A stretch of 59,534 nt of DNA, the filler included, from Basidiobolus ranarum (Eukaryota), in assembly GCA_040143965.1 (NCBI GenBank). It is 9 parts of 9 records of this genome, joined end to end, with 100 filler letters (N's around TTAATTAATTAA, not from the genome) between each part and the next. Parts side by side here need not be neighbours in the genome. Positions count along the whole stretch, not along the records: positions 33,187 to 39,710 come from JASJQH010001303.1; positions 39,811 to 46,323 come from JASJQH010001304.1; 7 more parts are not named here. One strand, given 5' to 3'. Below the pieces are notes generated by a model, which made no database searches, was not told the DNA's origin, and saw nothing but the letters and a program-made list of their open reading frames with translations. Positions 35,211 through 46,423 of the stretch are shown here, in pieces. Position 1 is the first letter of the stretch. Every line of letters starts with the position of its first letter. The translations under genes were made by a program, and so were the position numbers.

Positions 35211-36707
35211 TGTGTTCTAACCTTTATATCATGACCAAAACCACTACTACCACTCTTATTGACTCAAGTGTTGAAAAGCTTGATGCAGAAAATTACAATT
35301 TCTGGAAGTTCCAGAGGCAAATCACGCTGGAAGACAGGGAACATTGGGACGTAGTCTCTGGAGATGAAAAGAAACCTTCTCACCCTTCTTTATTGGAAGC
35401 TTAAAAGAACAGAGACAAGAAGGGCTTTATTGTCATGTATCAAAGCTTGAAGGACTGACAACTTGTGAATATTCAATATGCAAAGACTTCCCATTGAGCT
35501 TGGACTATATTGGAAGAGTTTGATCAAGCAAAGAGCCTTGCTAATAGACTCTTTCTCAGACAAAAATTCTTCAATATAAAGATGGAAAAGTCTGAAAGCA
35601 CAATAACTCATATTGCAAATGTGAGATCTTTGGCAAAACAACTGGAAAATATTGTGGCAACTTTACAGGAAAAATACGTCACTATGACTCTTCTAAGTAG
35701 TCTACCAGAACCGTATTCAAACATGGTCACAGCTTTGGAAGCAAGATCTGACAAGTTGTCTTTAGAGTTTGCAATGGCAAGGCTGATGTAGCAACACCTC
35801 AGAAGTAAGCATTTGGAAAAAGAATCGGAGGAAGTGATTGTTTTAGAACTGGAAAATGTAGCTTTGGCAAGCACAAAGGTTACAAAAGAAGGAAACCAGG
35901 TTTATGCTCTGGTTGTAACAAACCAGGACATCAGTTAAAGATTGCAAATCAAGAAATTACAACAGAAATGAGAAGTCAGAGCAAGCTAATCAGGTTTTAA
36001 CTAAAGAGGAAGTATTATTCATTTCTGCCCTATCAATGGCCTCTGAACAAGACTGTAGGCTGCTGTATATTGATTCTGGAGCCTCTCAACATATCTCTGA
36101 TCTTAAAAACTGGTTCAAGACACTTAAAACTAACACAAACAAGAAAGTTTATATGGGAGATGACTGGCCGCTAGAAGATCTGGGAGTGGGAGAAGTTAAA
36201 GTGGATCTTGGGGGTATCTCTGGAGACATGTATTTGACACTAAAAAATGTGCTTTATGTTCCTGGGATAGCAAAAATATGTTATCAGTGAGTGAAGCTAC
36301 ATCTGAGGGATATAGCTTTAATTTTGATAAAATGGCTGTACAATCAGGGATCAAAAGCAATTACATAGCTTCTGGAGGTAAGCAAAAAAATGTGTATAAA
36401 CTTCATTGTAATGGGCCAATATATGAATATGCTAATACTGCCACAGCTGCAGAGATAGACTGGAATATCTGGCATAGGAAATTGGGACATCTAGGAGCTG
36501 AAAATATATGATATTTAATCAAAAACAAGATGGTTTTGGGACTAAATTTTGCAATTCCACCAGATCTGGAGCTATGTGAAGGTTGCCTGTGTGGTAGGTA
36601 ACACAGACAGCCATTTGTGGGTGCAGTACACTCAGATCTGTGTAGCTTTAATTTTGATCAGAAAGGCTGTGCAATCGGTCATCAAAAAGGGAATTACATA
36701 GCTTCTG

Positions 36708-37083
36708 TGTTGAAGTTTATTGTCTTTATCATATTTGTTATCTCTATCTTTATACACCTAACTATCTTATATATCACCTATATGTTAGTCAACATTACTT
36801 AGTCAAATATCCCTTTGCTAAAATTGAAACATATATTGTATATATATGTGAATAATGTGAGAATTAGCAATTCATATTGGAAATTTTGAACTTGTCCAAA
36901 TTACCCCAAAGATACCTCATTTTACTCCCACAGATGTTCTGAACACAACTCCAGTGTTAGTTTTCTGTATTTCCACCAAAACGTAAAAATACTTTATTTC
37001 TGGACAATAAAAAATTATCTCACAAAACTATTCACAACTCCACTTTTCTAAAGTTCCTCCAAACAGCCCATATTTTCCCAATA
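36708..37083 (+). mobile_element. Solo LTR of family C with perfect 5-bp TSD TTCTG
   Basis: TGTTGAAG...CCCAATA flanked by TTCTG at 36703-36707 and 37084-37088. Confidence 0.9.
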
Positions 37084-37146
37084 TTCTGGATCTAAGAAAA
37101 ATAGCTTGTATAAACTTCATTATATTAGGCCAATATATGAATAAGT

Positions 37147-37427
37147 TGTTGAATATCTGGTGACTTGTGGTACAAGCTGTAATTCCCAAAGGGGAAAATA
37201 TGGAGTATGGTGACTGCATCTAACACAAAGTCTAAGGCCAATCAGTTGCTTGTATAGCAGCAATGCCAAAGTACCATACATTGACAGACTAGGTTAAGAT
37301 TCCCTAGCAATATAGGCATACCATACAAGGACTGGTAGCTCAGTGGTTAGAGGACCTTGCTAGAGTGAAGGAGGTCCCAGGTTCAATTCCTGGCCAGACC
37401 AAAATTTGTCCCTAAATAATTTCAATA
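37147..37427 (+). mobile_element. 281-bp LTR-like element containing a tRNA-like cassette (solo LTR, TSD TAAGT/CAAGT)
   Basis: Termini TGTTGAA...TTCAATA; flanks 37142-37146 TAAGT and 37428-37432 CAAGT; empty-site paralog at about 36421-36440; further copies at 39551 and 53031. Confidence 0.85.
37329..37401 (+). tRNA. tRNA-like sequence inside the LTR (nominal anticodon AGA, short variable loop; probably not a functional tRNA)
   Basis: GGACTGG TA GCTC AGTGGTTA GAGG A CCTTG CTAGAGT GAAGG AGGTC CCAGG TTCAATT CCTGG CCAGACC A; A-box and B-box present; mismatches in the acceptor, D and anticodon stems. Confidence 0.7.
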
Positions 37428-39550
37428 CAAGTCAATACTGCCACAGCTGAAGAGCTTGACTGGAAAGTCTGGCATAGGAGATTGGGTCACTTAGGAGCTG
37501 AAAATATGAGAAATTTAATCACAAACAATATGGTTTGGGGACTAAATTTTGTAATTCCATTGGATCTGGAGCTATGTGAAGGTTACCTATAGGGTAGGCA
37601 ACATACACAGCCATTTGTAGGCTTTGGAATGACTAAACTGATCATATATTGGGCCTGATACACTCATATCTATGTGGCCCAATGCAGACAAAATATGTAG
37701 ATGGAAAAAGGTAATTTATAACCTTGATTGATGATGAGACAAAGTATACTTGAGTGTACATTCTGGCCAGTGTGGATGAAGCCTTGGATACCTTCAAAAA
37801 ATTCAAGGCAATGGTGGAGACTGAAACAGGTCCAAAGATTAAGATTATCTGTACTGATGATGGAGGGGAATATTCCTCAAAACTCTTCCCCGACTTCTGC
37901 TCAACACATGGGATAATGCAACAGGCCACAGTGCCATATTCCCCACAGCAGAATGCTGTAGTAGAACATGCAAACATATCAATCATGGAAAAGGCAAGAT
38001 CAATGCTTTATGAGCAAGATTTACCAAAACAGTTCTGGGCTGAATTGGTTGCAATTGCAGTAAATATTAGGAACAGATGTACTCCTAGGTTGCTGTTGGC
38101 TATCACAACTTATCAAGCTTATTTGGAAGTAAACTTGGTGTGGCTAATCTCAGAGTTTTTGGAAGTACTACATATGTAAAGATTCCATACCAGAAGAGAT
38201 CAAAATAAGACCAAAAAAGCCAGAAATGTCTCTTTTTGGGATATTGTGATGGAACAATAGGGTACAGACTATGTGACACTGAAAATAAGAGGCTCGTCAA
38301 GCCAAGGGATGTGCAATTTGCAGAAGAAAAAATTTCAATCAAAACACACCAGGATCAAGAAAAACAACCAAAATTGATGAAAATTCTTCTTTCACTCACC
38401 AGATCCTGATCAGTGAGAAAAGCATTGAAAATCTCTCACCTGCAGTGTCCTCAACCAAGCCTGAGGTGGTTTCATTGCCTAAATTGGTACCAGAAGCTGT
38501 TGTGCAATTTTCCCATCTAAGGAGATCCAATTGGATGAGAACTCTGCCTGATTACTACTCTCACACTAGCCAAAAGGAGCCTTGTGCTAATTTAGCCTCT
38601 TCTGATGAACTCAAATCAGTACAGGAGGATATGGAGAGTCCCAAAACAAAGTTTTGGAGTGTTGCAATGGCAGAGGAGTATCAGTCACTCATATATAACC
38701 AAACTTGGACTTTGGATAAGTTACCTGATGACAGAAAATTAATTGGATGCAAATGGGTATTTAAAGTTAAACAGCAAGCTGATGGATCTGTAGAAAGATA
38801 TAAAGCAAGAATTGTGGCTAAAGGATACACTCAAATGGAAGGAGTGGACTCCAATTAAACATTTGCTCCTGTATCAAAGTTTGATTCCATCAGAACCATA
38901 ATAGCAGTAGCAGTAAAACACAGCTTAAAAATCCTTCATATGGATGTTAAAACTGCTTTATTGAATGGGGACTTGAAAGAGGATTTATTCATGGAACAAC
39001 CAGATATATTTGTGCATCCTGAGCACCCTGAGGATATGTGTAAGCTACAAAAAGCACTTTATGGACTTAAACAATCACCCAGGGCCTGGTACACAAAGTT
39101 AGACACAAACTTGGAATCACTAGATTTCCAAATGAGTAAGGAGGATTTTGGGATCTACTTTAAAAAGATAAAGACAGTAAGGTGATATTTGCCTTATATG
39201 TATATGATCAGATTATAGCTACCAATAATGTTGAAGCTCTGAGGAACACCAAAAGCAATCTATCAGTCCAATTCAAGATGACCAATATGGATATACTTCT
39301 CTATTTTTGGGCCTGCAGATCCATAAAGATAGATTGAGCAAATCTAGTACTTTGAATCAATCTAAATACATCTCTGACACTCTAAGATGTTACAGGATGG
39401 AGAATTGTAAGCCAGAAGTAACTCACATGGATCCAAGTGTGAAACTAGTCAAAAATCCCGTCATAAATCATGAAAATTGGCCAAATTTGGCTCAAATAAG
39501 TGTTTTGAAAGCCCTGAGTTCCCTTATAAATCTATGGTAGGTAGTTTGAT

Positions 39551-39710
39551 TGTTGAAAGTCTGGTGACTTGTGGTACAAGCAGTAATTCCCAAAGAGGAA
39601 AATATGGAGTATGCTGACTGCATCTGAACACAAAGTCTAAAGCCAATCAGTTGCTTGTATAGCGGAAATGCCAAAGTACCATACATTGACAGACTAGGTA
39701 AAGGTTCCCT
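39551..39710 (+). mobile_element. Second copy of the tRNA-bearing LTR (5' part, cut by gap), inserted in copia pol
   Basis: TGTTGAAAGTCTGGTGACTTGTGGTACAAGC... matches 37147 onward; interrupts the SMVGSL RT/RNase H tether sequence. Confidence 0.85.
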
Positions 39711-39810
39711 NNNNNNNNNNNNNNNNNNNNNNNNNNNNNNNNNNNNNNNNNNNNTTAATTAATTAANNNNNNNNNNNNNNNNNNNNNNNNNNNNNNNNNN
39801 NNNNNNNNNN
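39711..39810. other. Artificial contig linker
   Basis: N44-TTAATTAATTAA-N44. Confidence 0.99.
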
Positions 39811-39931
39811 TTAACTCTTGAACATTGAATTAGCAATTTGTCTTTAGCATTAAGACAAATTGTGTTAAAGGCATTTTGTTCTTTTTTAACCTGAAGTAAT
39901 ACTTTGGTTCCTGTTAAAGTATTTGAGAGCT

Positions 39932-40259
39932 TGTTGGAAGTGGTTTGGAGAATTAGAGGAATTGGTGGCTTTCACTTATTGATTTATTGAGTAGAAAGTT
40001 GATATTTATAATTTTGTCAAGATGTAAGCAAACTAACTTGTAGAATGTGTTAAGGAAGGTCCCAGGAACATGTGTGCAAAGTTTGGGGCTTCTAGCACAA
40101 GTTTGAAAAATCTATATATCTGAGAACTTCTAAGTTGGTCAAAATATTCCAAGTAAATTCCAATTGAGAATAATGGGTAATATCTTAGTTCAATATAAGA
40201 TAACTAAGTACTAAGCTATATATGACTATATAGGTGTTTAGGCAATGCTAATTTCAACA
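39932..40259 (-). mobile_element. Copia LTR (family A), apparently solo
   Basis: TGTTG...CAACA termini; high similarity to 49854-50182. Confidence 0.88.
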
Positions 40260-40392
40260 GTTGGGTCCAATAGAGAAGGCTACAAAGCCTTGAATGTTAC
40301 TGAACCAAAGAAACAGTAGAGTGTAGAAACTTAGAATGGTTTAGGCAGGAGATATTAGCAGAGTAGATTGGGACTAAAATGAGTCTTGTGGA
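40260..40392 (-). repeat. Dispersed repeat fragment (family D)
   Basis: Reverse-complement similarity to 6651-6782. Confidence 0.6.
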
Positions 40393-41565
40393 TAGCAAGG
40401 GTTTGCTAGGCAGCTAGACTTGGCGTTTTGCGGATGCTAGGCCAAATAGAAATAACCAATTGCCATAAATTAAACTTGCAATCTGCCTATCATCTCTCTA
40501 ACACACTCTGAAAATTGCATTTATCTTGCTTTAGGAAGTCAGACATAATATAGATTCCCTGAACTTAACCAATATTTGCCTACTTTCTACATATTTGAAC
40601 AACAACCTCAATTGGACAATCCTAATACATGCTCATTCTACCAGGCAAACTCACTTGTAGTCTAGATACCAAAACCATATTTCGAATGTGACAAAAATGT
40701 AGGCTGAGAGATCAGTTTCACAAAGTGGTAAATGATTCATATTCGATAAAGCTGTCTCGATCAATTCACATGGTAAAGTAGGTGAGGGATAATAGGTCAA
40801 AGGGTACTGATTTTGTATGTCTGAGTGCGATGATTAATGCGCCCTGGAATTAAACCCCACCCCCAACCTTCTATTACACTCACCTAGAGTCAATTCCGTT
40901 GGTTAAAGCTACCCTTTGGGATGATCCCTCATTGCCTAGTTGGATGTTTGTTTTATTTCACCGGTAGTCGCTTCTAGACAGGGCACAAAAGTGATGAATC
41001 CAAGTCATGATCAGGATGTCTTAGCACCTATATAGCCAAAGATCCAGACAATTCCGAGTAATGCTTCTCAAGCATCTCCTAGGTAACATGATTCATGTCG
41101 GCTAATTAAGAGTCATCCAATTTCTTAGGATTCCTGAGTGGTGATTGGCTAGATCAGTATTGTTTATGGTTGAAGTACTTCCAAATCTATGGATTTCAAG
41201 ATTGTGGAGGATGGTGGTTGATGTATGATGATTCTAAAAGCGTTCGTGGAACAGAAACAAACAGATAGTGCATTTGGAATTCCCCACTTTTATTGAAACT
41301 ATCTCACGCTATGACACACCAGAACTACCTGGGGTGTGTTCGCGAACCATAAGCATGAATCCAATTGAGGTGTCGCTCAGGCAAATCTCTGTTCAGATGG
41401 ATCATTTCAATCAAGGTTTATTTCAAATAATACTAGAGTCTATAAGGTATGCTTAGGGTGCAGGTGGTAAACCCATTCGATACTTTCAAAATGTTGAACT
41501 TTAGAAACATGTCAATATCTGTTACTCAAAATGAGTGGCAGTCTGAAGTGTCGTTTGTACAATAC

Positions 41566-42638
41566 TTATTCAGGAACACTATGGAATAAGTAAGAAACTG
41601 ATTCACCATTATGAGTTCTTCTAATGGCTTCAGCGAGGGTAGGTGAGACATCAATGGTTTCGATTTTGGAGCAGAGTTTCTTTTTATCCTCATGGGGGAT
41701 GGTGTTGGTAACCACTACCTTCTCCAAGACGGAATTATTGATCACTTCAATGGCTTTACCAGACAACACTCCATGAGTAACAATAGCATACACCTGAGTA
41801 GCACCATTATCAATCAGGGTTTTGGCAGCGAGACCTAAGGTACCACATGTATCGGCCATATCATCGACGAGGATTCCAATTTTACCCCGAACATCACCCA
41901 CAAGCACCATGCGGGAAACTTCGTTAGCCTTCTTACGTTCCTTGTGAATAAGGGCAAACTCGAGATCCAAACGATCAGCAATGGAGGTGGCTCTAAACGT
42001 GGTGTGAGTATTGGTAAATTAACAAATTCACCAAGTAATACAATACATACCTCTTGGCGCCACCAGCATCAGGAGAAACGATAACAGCATTCTTAAAATC
42101 GGGGATCTCGTTTCTGATATACTTAAGAACCGAGGGTTCGGCGTAAAGGTTATCAACGGGGATATCGAAGAAACCCTGGATCTGAGAAGCATGGAGATCC
42201 ATGGTGATTACGTGGTCAGCTCCAGCAACAGTCAACATGTTAGCGACCAACTTGGCGGAGATGGGAGCACGGGATTTATCCTTTCTGTCTTGGCGAGCGT
42301 AAGGGAAGCAAGGAATGATGGCAGTAATTCTACGAGCGGATGCAGTTTTACAAGCATTGATCATAATAAGAAGTTCCATGAGATTATCATTAATCTCACC
42401 GCAGCCGGACTGAATGATAAAGACGTCTTCATCTCTAACAGATTCACCAACAGTAACTGAAGTCTCTTGGTTGGAAAACTTGACAACAACTACATTGGCT
42501 AGATCAATACCGAGACGCCTAAAAATCAGGTTAATCAAATATATTTTGGTAGACGCAACACTTATAGGCATACTTGGCAACAAGACCAGCCAGCTCGGGA
42601 TGAGAGTTGCCAGTCAAGACTTTGATAGAATTAGTCAT
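41566..42638 (-). CDS. PRS: Ribose-phosphate pyrophosphokinase (PRPP synthetase), 3 exons
   Basis: [74 protein letters not shown]. Confidence 0.97.
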
Positions 42639-44405
42639 AGTCATTTTGCGAAGATATGCCGAGAGTACCAAGAAGTGGGAATACTAAATAAATGCTAAAA
42701 TTCGATGTTAGTGAAGCCTTCTTTTGAGTCCAACATCAAGTCACAAAGAGAAAGGTCGACTAACCTTTTACCAAAAGGTAAATAAAGTGTCGAGCGCGTA
42801 ACTCGAAAAGAACGATGCTCCGATATTTGACTCTTAAAGGTTACTAATGTGCAAAAAAAATAACGTGAAAAGAAAAAACAGCCCGGGATACAGGAAAATT
42901 TATTTACCTTGAAAACAAATAATCACTGATAATCAAATCAAGTAATTTACCATAGAAAATATGGTAATTAGCTCTATTCCAGTTTGAGACGGGAATTCTT
43001 TGAATAATTCGTTCGTCTATTGATGAATGAGCAATATAGGGCTGTCGATCTTCGTACATAGCAATGCGGAACTAATGGAAGATCTAATCAATCATGTCGT
43101 GATGATTTTACCTAAATATATCTTCGATTGGACCGATTGGTGCTTCTGTAGACATCAAAGAGCGTTTGGAATGCAATATTCCAGGCGAACCAACTGGCAC
43201 AGAGATATCATGAAATTCACATTGACAGCTGAATGGTGTGACTACTCTTCACCGAAAGTAGACTGAACTTGCTAAACTGAATGGTGTATCGACAAGGCCT
43301 CGTTGTTAAAGCTTCAGTTGTCAGCATGCCGGCCTGAAAGAATACGACTTCGTCCTATGCAAAGAGCGCTCTCAGAACACTGATTTAACTTTTATGCCAT
43401 GTTAGAGGTGCGATAGAAGTCTATAGATAGTCGCAATACATGGAGCTCTCTAAGTCATTCGAAGCACCATCACAGTTGTTATGCCTTCACAAAAGATTGG
43501 TACTTGGGGTCAATTTAACACAAGATGATCAAATTGGAGCATCCTGTTTGGAGGCCAAATTCAAGCACACATCATATTGTAGTTACTGTACCTACTGTTT
43601 TCTGCTCTAGCCATTTGAAAATATCCATATTGTCACTAGCGCGAACATAGCTAGGTACCTCATTGCTCATCAATTAGGCTGTTCCTATTGAATTGACAGG
43701 TAAGGAGTCATTGAAATGATGCAATCAACCAAGATGGTTCGTGAGCGAGGATCTTTTCGGCATCGTGGAAGGAATTTCTGTTGATCAGGGAAAGGTTATC
43801 TCAAGTTCAGATCTCGATCGACCTGAACCAATCATTGATCCCTTAGAGTCCACACAGTGAATTTATAAACTGAAGTGGGGTTTCAGGCGGGATTAAACTC
43901 GAAATGATCCAGAACTAACTTTGACTCGTGGCTTTTAAAGTGAGAAGTATAGTGACTTTATTCAATACTTATGTCAACATTAGTCATAAGATGTTTCTTT
44001 TTGATATTGGGATTTAGGTAGCTCGTGAAAAACCTAAGAACAAGTATTCAAGGTAACACAAACAAGCGAGCTCTTCCTAAAATGTTTTGCCTCTTGAAGT
44101 ATGGTTTACGTTTGTCGACTAAGTTTACTACGTAGAAATAATCAATAGTTATCACCTCTTTTCATACTATTTCTCCACATATTCTGTGGTGCATTTTATA
44201 CAGTTGAGCGGTGTGTGAGGTTGATAGAATATAGGTCATCTCTGTCACCTTAAATACACAGTACCTCCTCGGTTTTCAATTCTTGCACTTCTTTTTCCTC
44301 TCCACTTTTATTGAACACAGAAGAGTCAACTCGGTTCCAAACTTTTGACACATTGTTCTTGCATTTTCACTCTTTCACATAAACAACTGGTGACCCGTTT
44401 CGCCT

Positions 44406-46323
44406 ATGCTACAGTCGGATGTTCCTTTCATTAATTTAAAGCCTTGTGCTTCTAGATGTTCAGACTCCGACGAATTCTCCGAGCCTGAACAAAATTTGGA
44501 AGTTGATTTGAACGACTTCAACGGGAACTCTAGTCAAGTCTCCAGCAAGGCTATTTCACTTCCTTCCGCAGGACGCTTTCGCAGTTTTTCAGTTAGCAAA
44601 ACTGCATTATCTACTAAACTCTCAGCCGAAGCCCAAATAAGAGAATTAGAGGCAAGATTAGTGGATAAAGAGAATGAAGTTCTACTCGCGGCAGATATAG
44701 GGCAAGTCTTACTCAAGGAGATCGATAGTCTAAAGTATAAAATGGCTGCGTATGAGCATCGTAGACCTGCTGACGATATCAGTCAAGAAATTGAAATCAA
44801 CAATACTGAAACTGTACAAAAACTTCGTACATTTCGTGTTGAAACTGATATCTATACTTCTTCTTTTAAAGAAAAGCCTTTCAAGATTTCTGAAAGTCCA
44901 TATACTCCTGGTCGACGTTCTGAGCGTTCCGGAAATTCAAACGGGCTTCCTCTCAACGACAATGATCCAGATTTAACTACCCTTCCACCCTCAGCTTTAT
45001 TTTCAAACAAGAATACTACTAGTACTCTACATAATGAAATCAATAAAGCCGTAGAGTCGGGAGAGAACCTGATGAAATTATCAAGACAATTGCAGACTAA
45101 GCTACTTGATGCCGAGAGAGAATCCCTTAATCTTGCTGAAAAATGTTCTGAGCTAGAGCGGCAGATGGCTGCTTTGAAGGTGCAAATGACTCGGGGGGCT
45201 GAGAACGAAGGTAAATTTTAGTGACCCATATGACCCCACCCTATATAATTTTAACCAAAATGTTTGTTTATTTTTGGTTCACATAAAAAAGCCAAATCGC
45301 AGGAGAATACATGGAACCTCGAGCTTCAAAATCAAGATCTCCAAACTCAAGTTGATGAATTAGAGCAAGCAGCACAGAAGCTGATAAGTGATCAAGGAAA
45401 ACTTCAGGAAGCTCTCATGGCTTCTCGAGAAGTGATTGAACAACTAAGCGTCAAAGAAGAAAAGTCAAATCAAATCCTTGAACGACTCAAGACCCGACAT
45501 GAACAAGAGATCATAAATATTCGAAAGTCGATAATCAGTCTCCAGAGAGAGAAAGCAGAGCTCAACAAAACAAATGAGGATCTCAAAAGTGAACTCTCAG
45601 GTAAAACACAAAGGTATGGCATGAGATCGTTGGGTAGTCCCACTCCTACTCCTGAGCCTGCCTTTTCTGGGCTAGATTCTCCTTTTGAGTTGTCAGATAC
45701 GTATGAGCTACCCCCTCCGCGATCACCATTACCCTCGCCATTCTCCACCTGCACTACAGGCCAAACTCTTCAAGTTGAAACTTTGACAGGATCTTTGGGG
45801 CATGCACATAGAACCATTGCTAGTCTCCGATCGTCGTTGCACAGAGAGAAGATTGAAAAGTTGGAATTTAAAAAAATGTTGGCCGAAACTCAAGAAATAG
45901 TAGAGAATTTACAAAAGGAACTGATATGGGAGAGTGAAGATATTGACAAGGAAGTGAATAGCAGGCCTGTTAACCGGCGAATGCGTCGAAAAAAAGTTCA
46001 GATACGGCTAGCGAATAACAAACATGATCACTTCAGCGGCGAGACTCAATCTCCTATTGAAGACCTGGAGGATAGAGGAGAGTTTGTTGATGAATTAAGT
46101 CCTTCCACGGATGATTTGTCGGAATTTACCGTGGATTCGGATGCTAGTGAACATGGAGGTACCAAGTCAGAGTTTGATGATTTACCAGGTGCATTGATTG
46201 CGAACAAACCAATTCCACCATTTAAAGACCAGCCAGTTAACTCCCAGAGATCTGCAAGAAAAGCAACCTCCAGGAACCCATTAACTAGACGATCTACTCT
46301 CAACCCTATGCCCAGTCGTGGTT
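44406..46323 (+). CDS. NUM1: Num1/ApsA/Mcp5-like cortical dynein anchor, N-terminal coiled-coil half (3' truncated by gap)
   Basis: Coiled coils with RQLQ, WNLELQNQDL and ETLTGSLGHAHRTIASLRSSLHREKIEKLEFKKML, resembling ApsA/Num1; in-frame intron 45211-45291. Confidence 0.75.
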
Positions 46324-46423
46324 NNNNNNNNNNNNNNNNNNNNNNNNNNNNNNNNNNNNNNNNNNNNTTAATTAATTAANNNNNNNNNNNNNNNNNNNNN
46401 NNNNNNNNNNNNNNNNNNNNNNN
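46324..46423. other. Artificial contig linker
   Basis: N44-TTAATTAATTAA-N44. Confidence 0.99.

Larger units (their letters stand above)
34821..39550 (+). mobile_element. Degraded Ty1/copia element (family C): 5' LTR, PBS, gag, protease, integrase, RT; carries nested insertions
   Basis: gag from 35231 (KLDAENYNFWKF); CxxCxxxGHxxxxC knuckle at about 35905; IDSGASQH; WHRKLGH; TDDGGEY and PQQN; RYKARIVAKGY; LYGLKQSPRAW; many stops. Confidence 0.93.

Noticed and set aside
34821-37083. The two family C LTRs as paired ends of one 2.3-kb element
   Set aside because: The second LTR has its own TTCTG TSD, no PPT precedes it, and pol continues beyond it, so it is a nested solo LTR.
37329-37401. A genuine tRNA-Ser gene or a TAG-reading suppressor tRNA
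   Set aside because: The canonical loop register gives AGA, not CTA. It lacks the Ser variable arm, has stem mismatches and no oligo-T terminator, and lies inside a TSD-flanked repeat.
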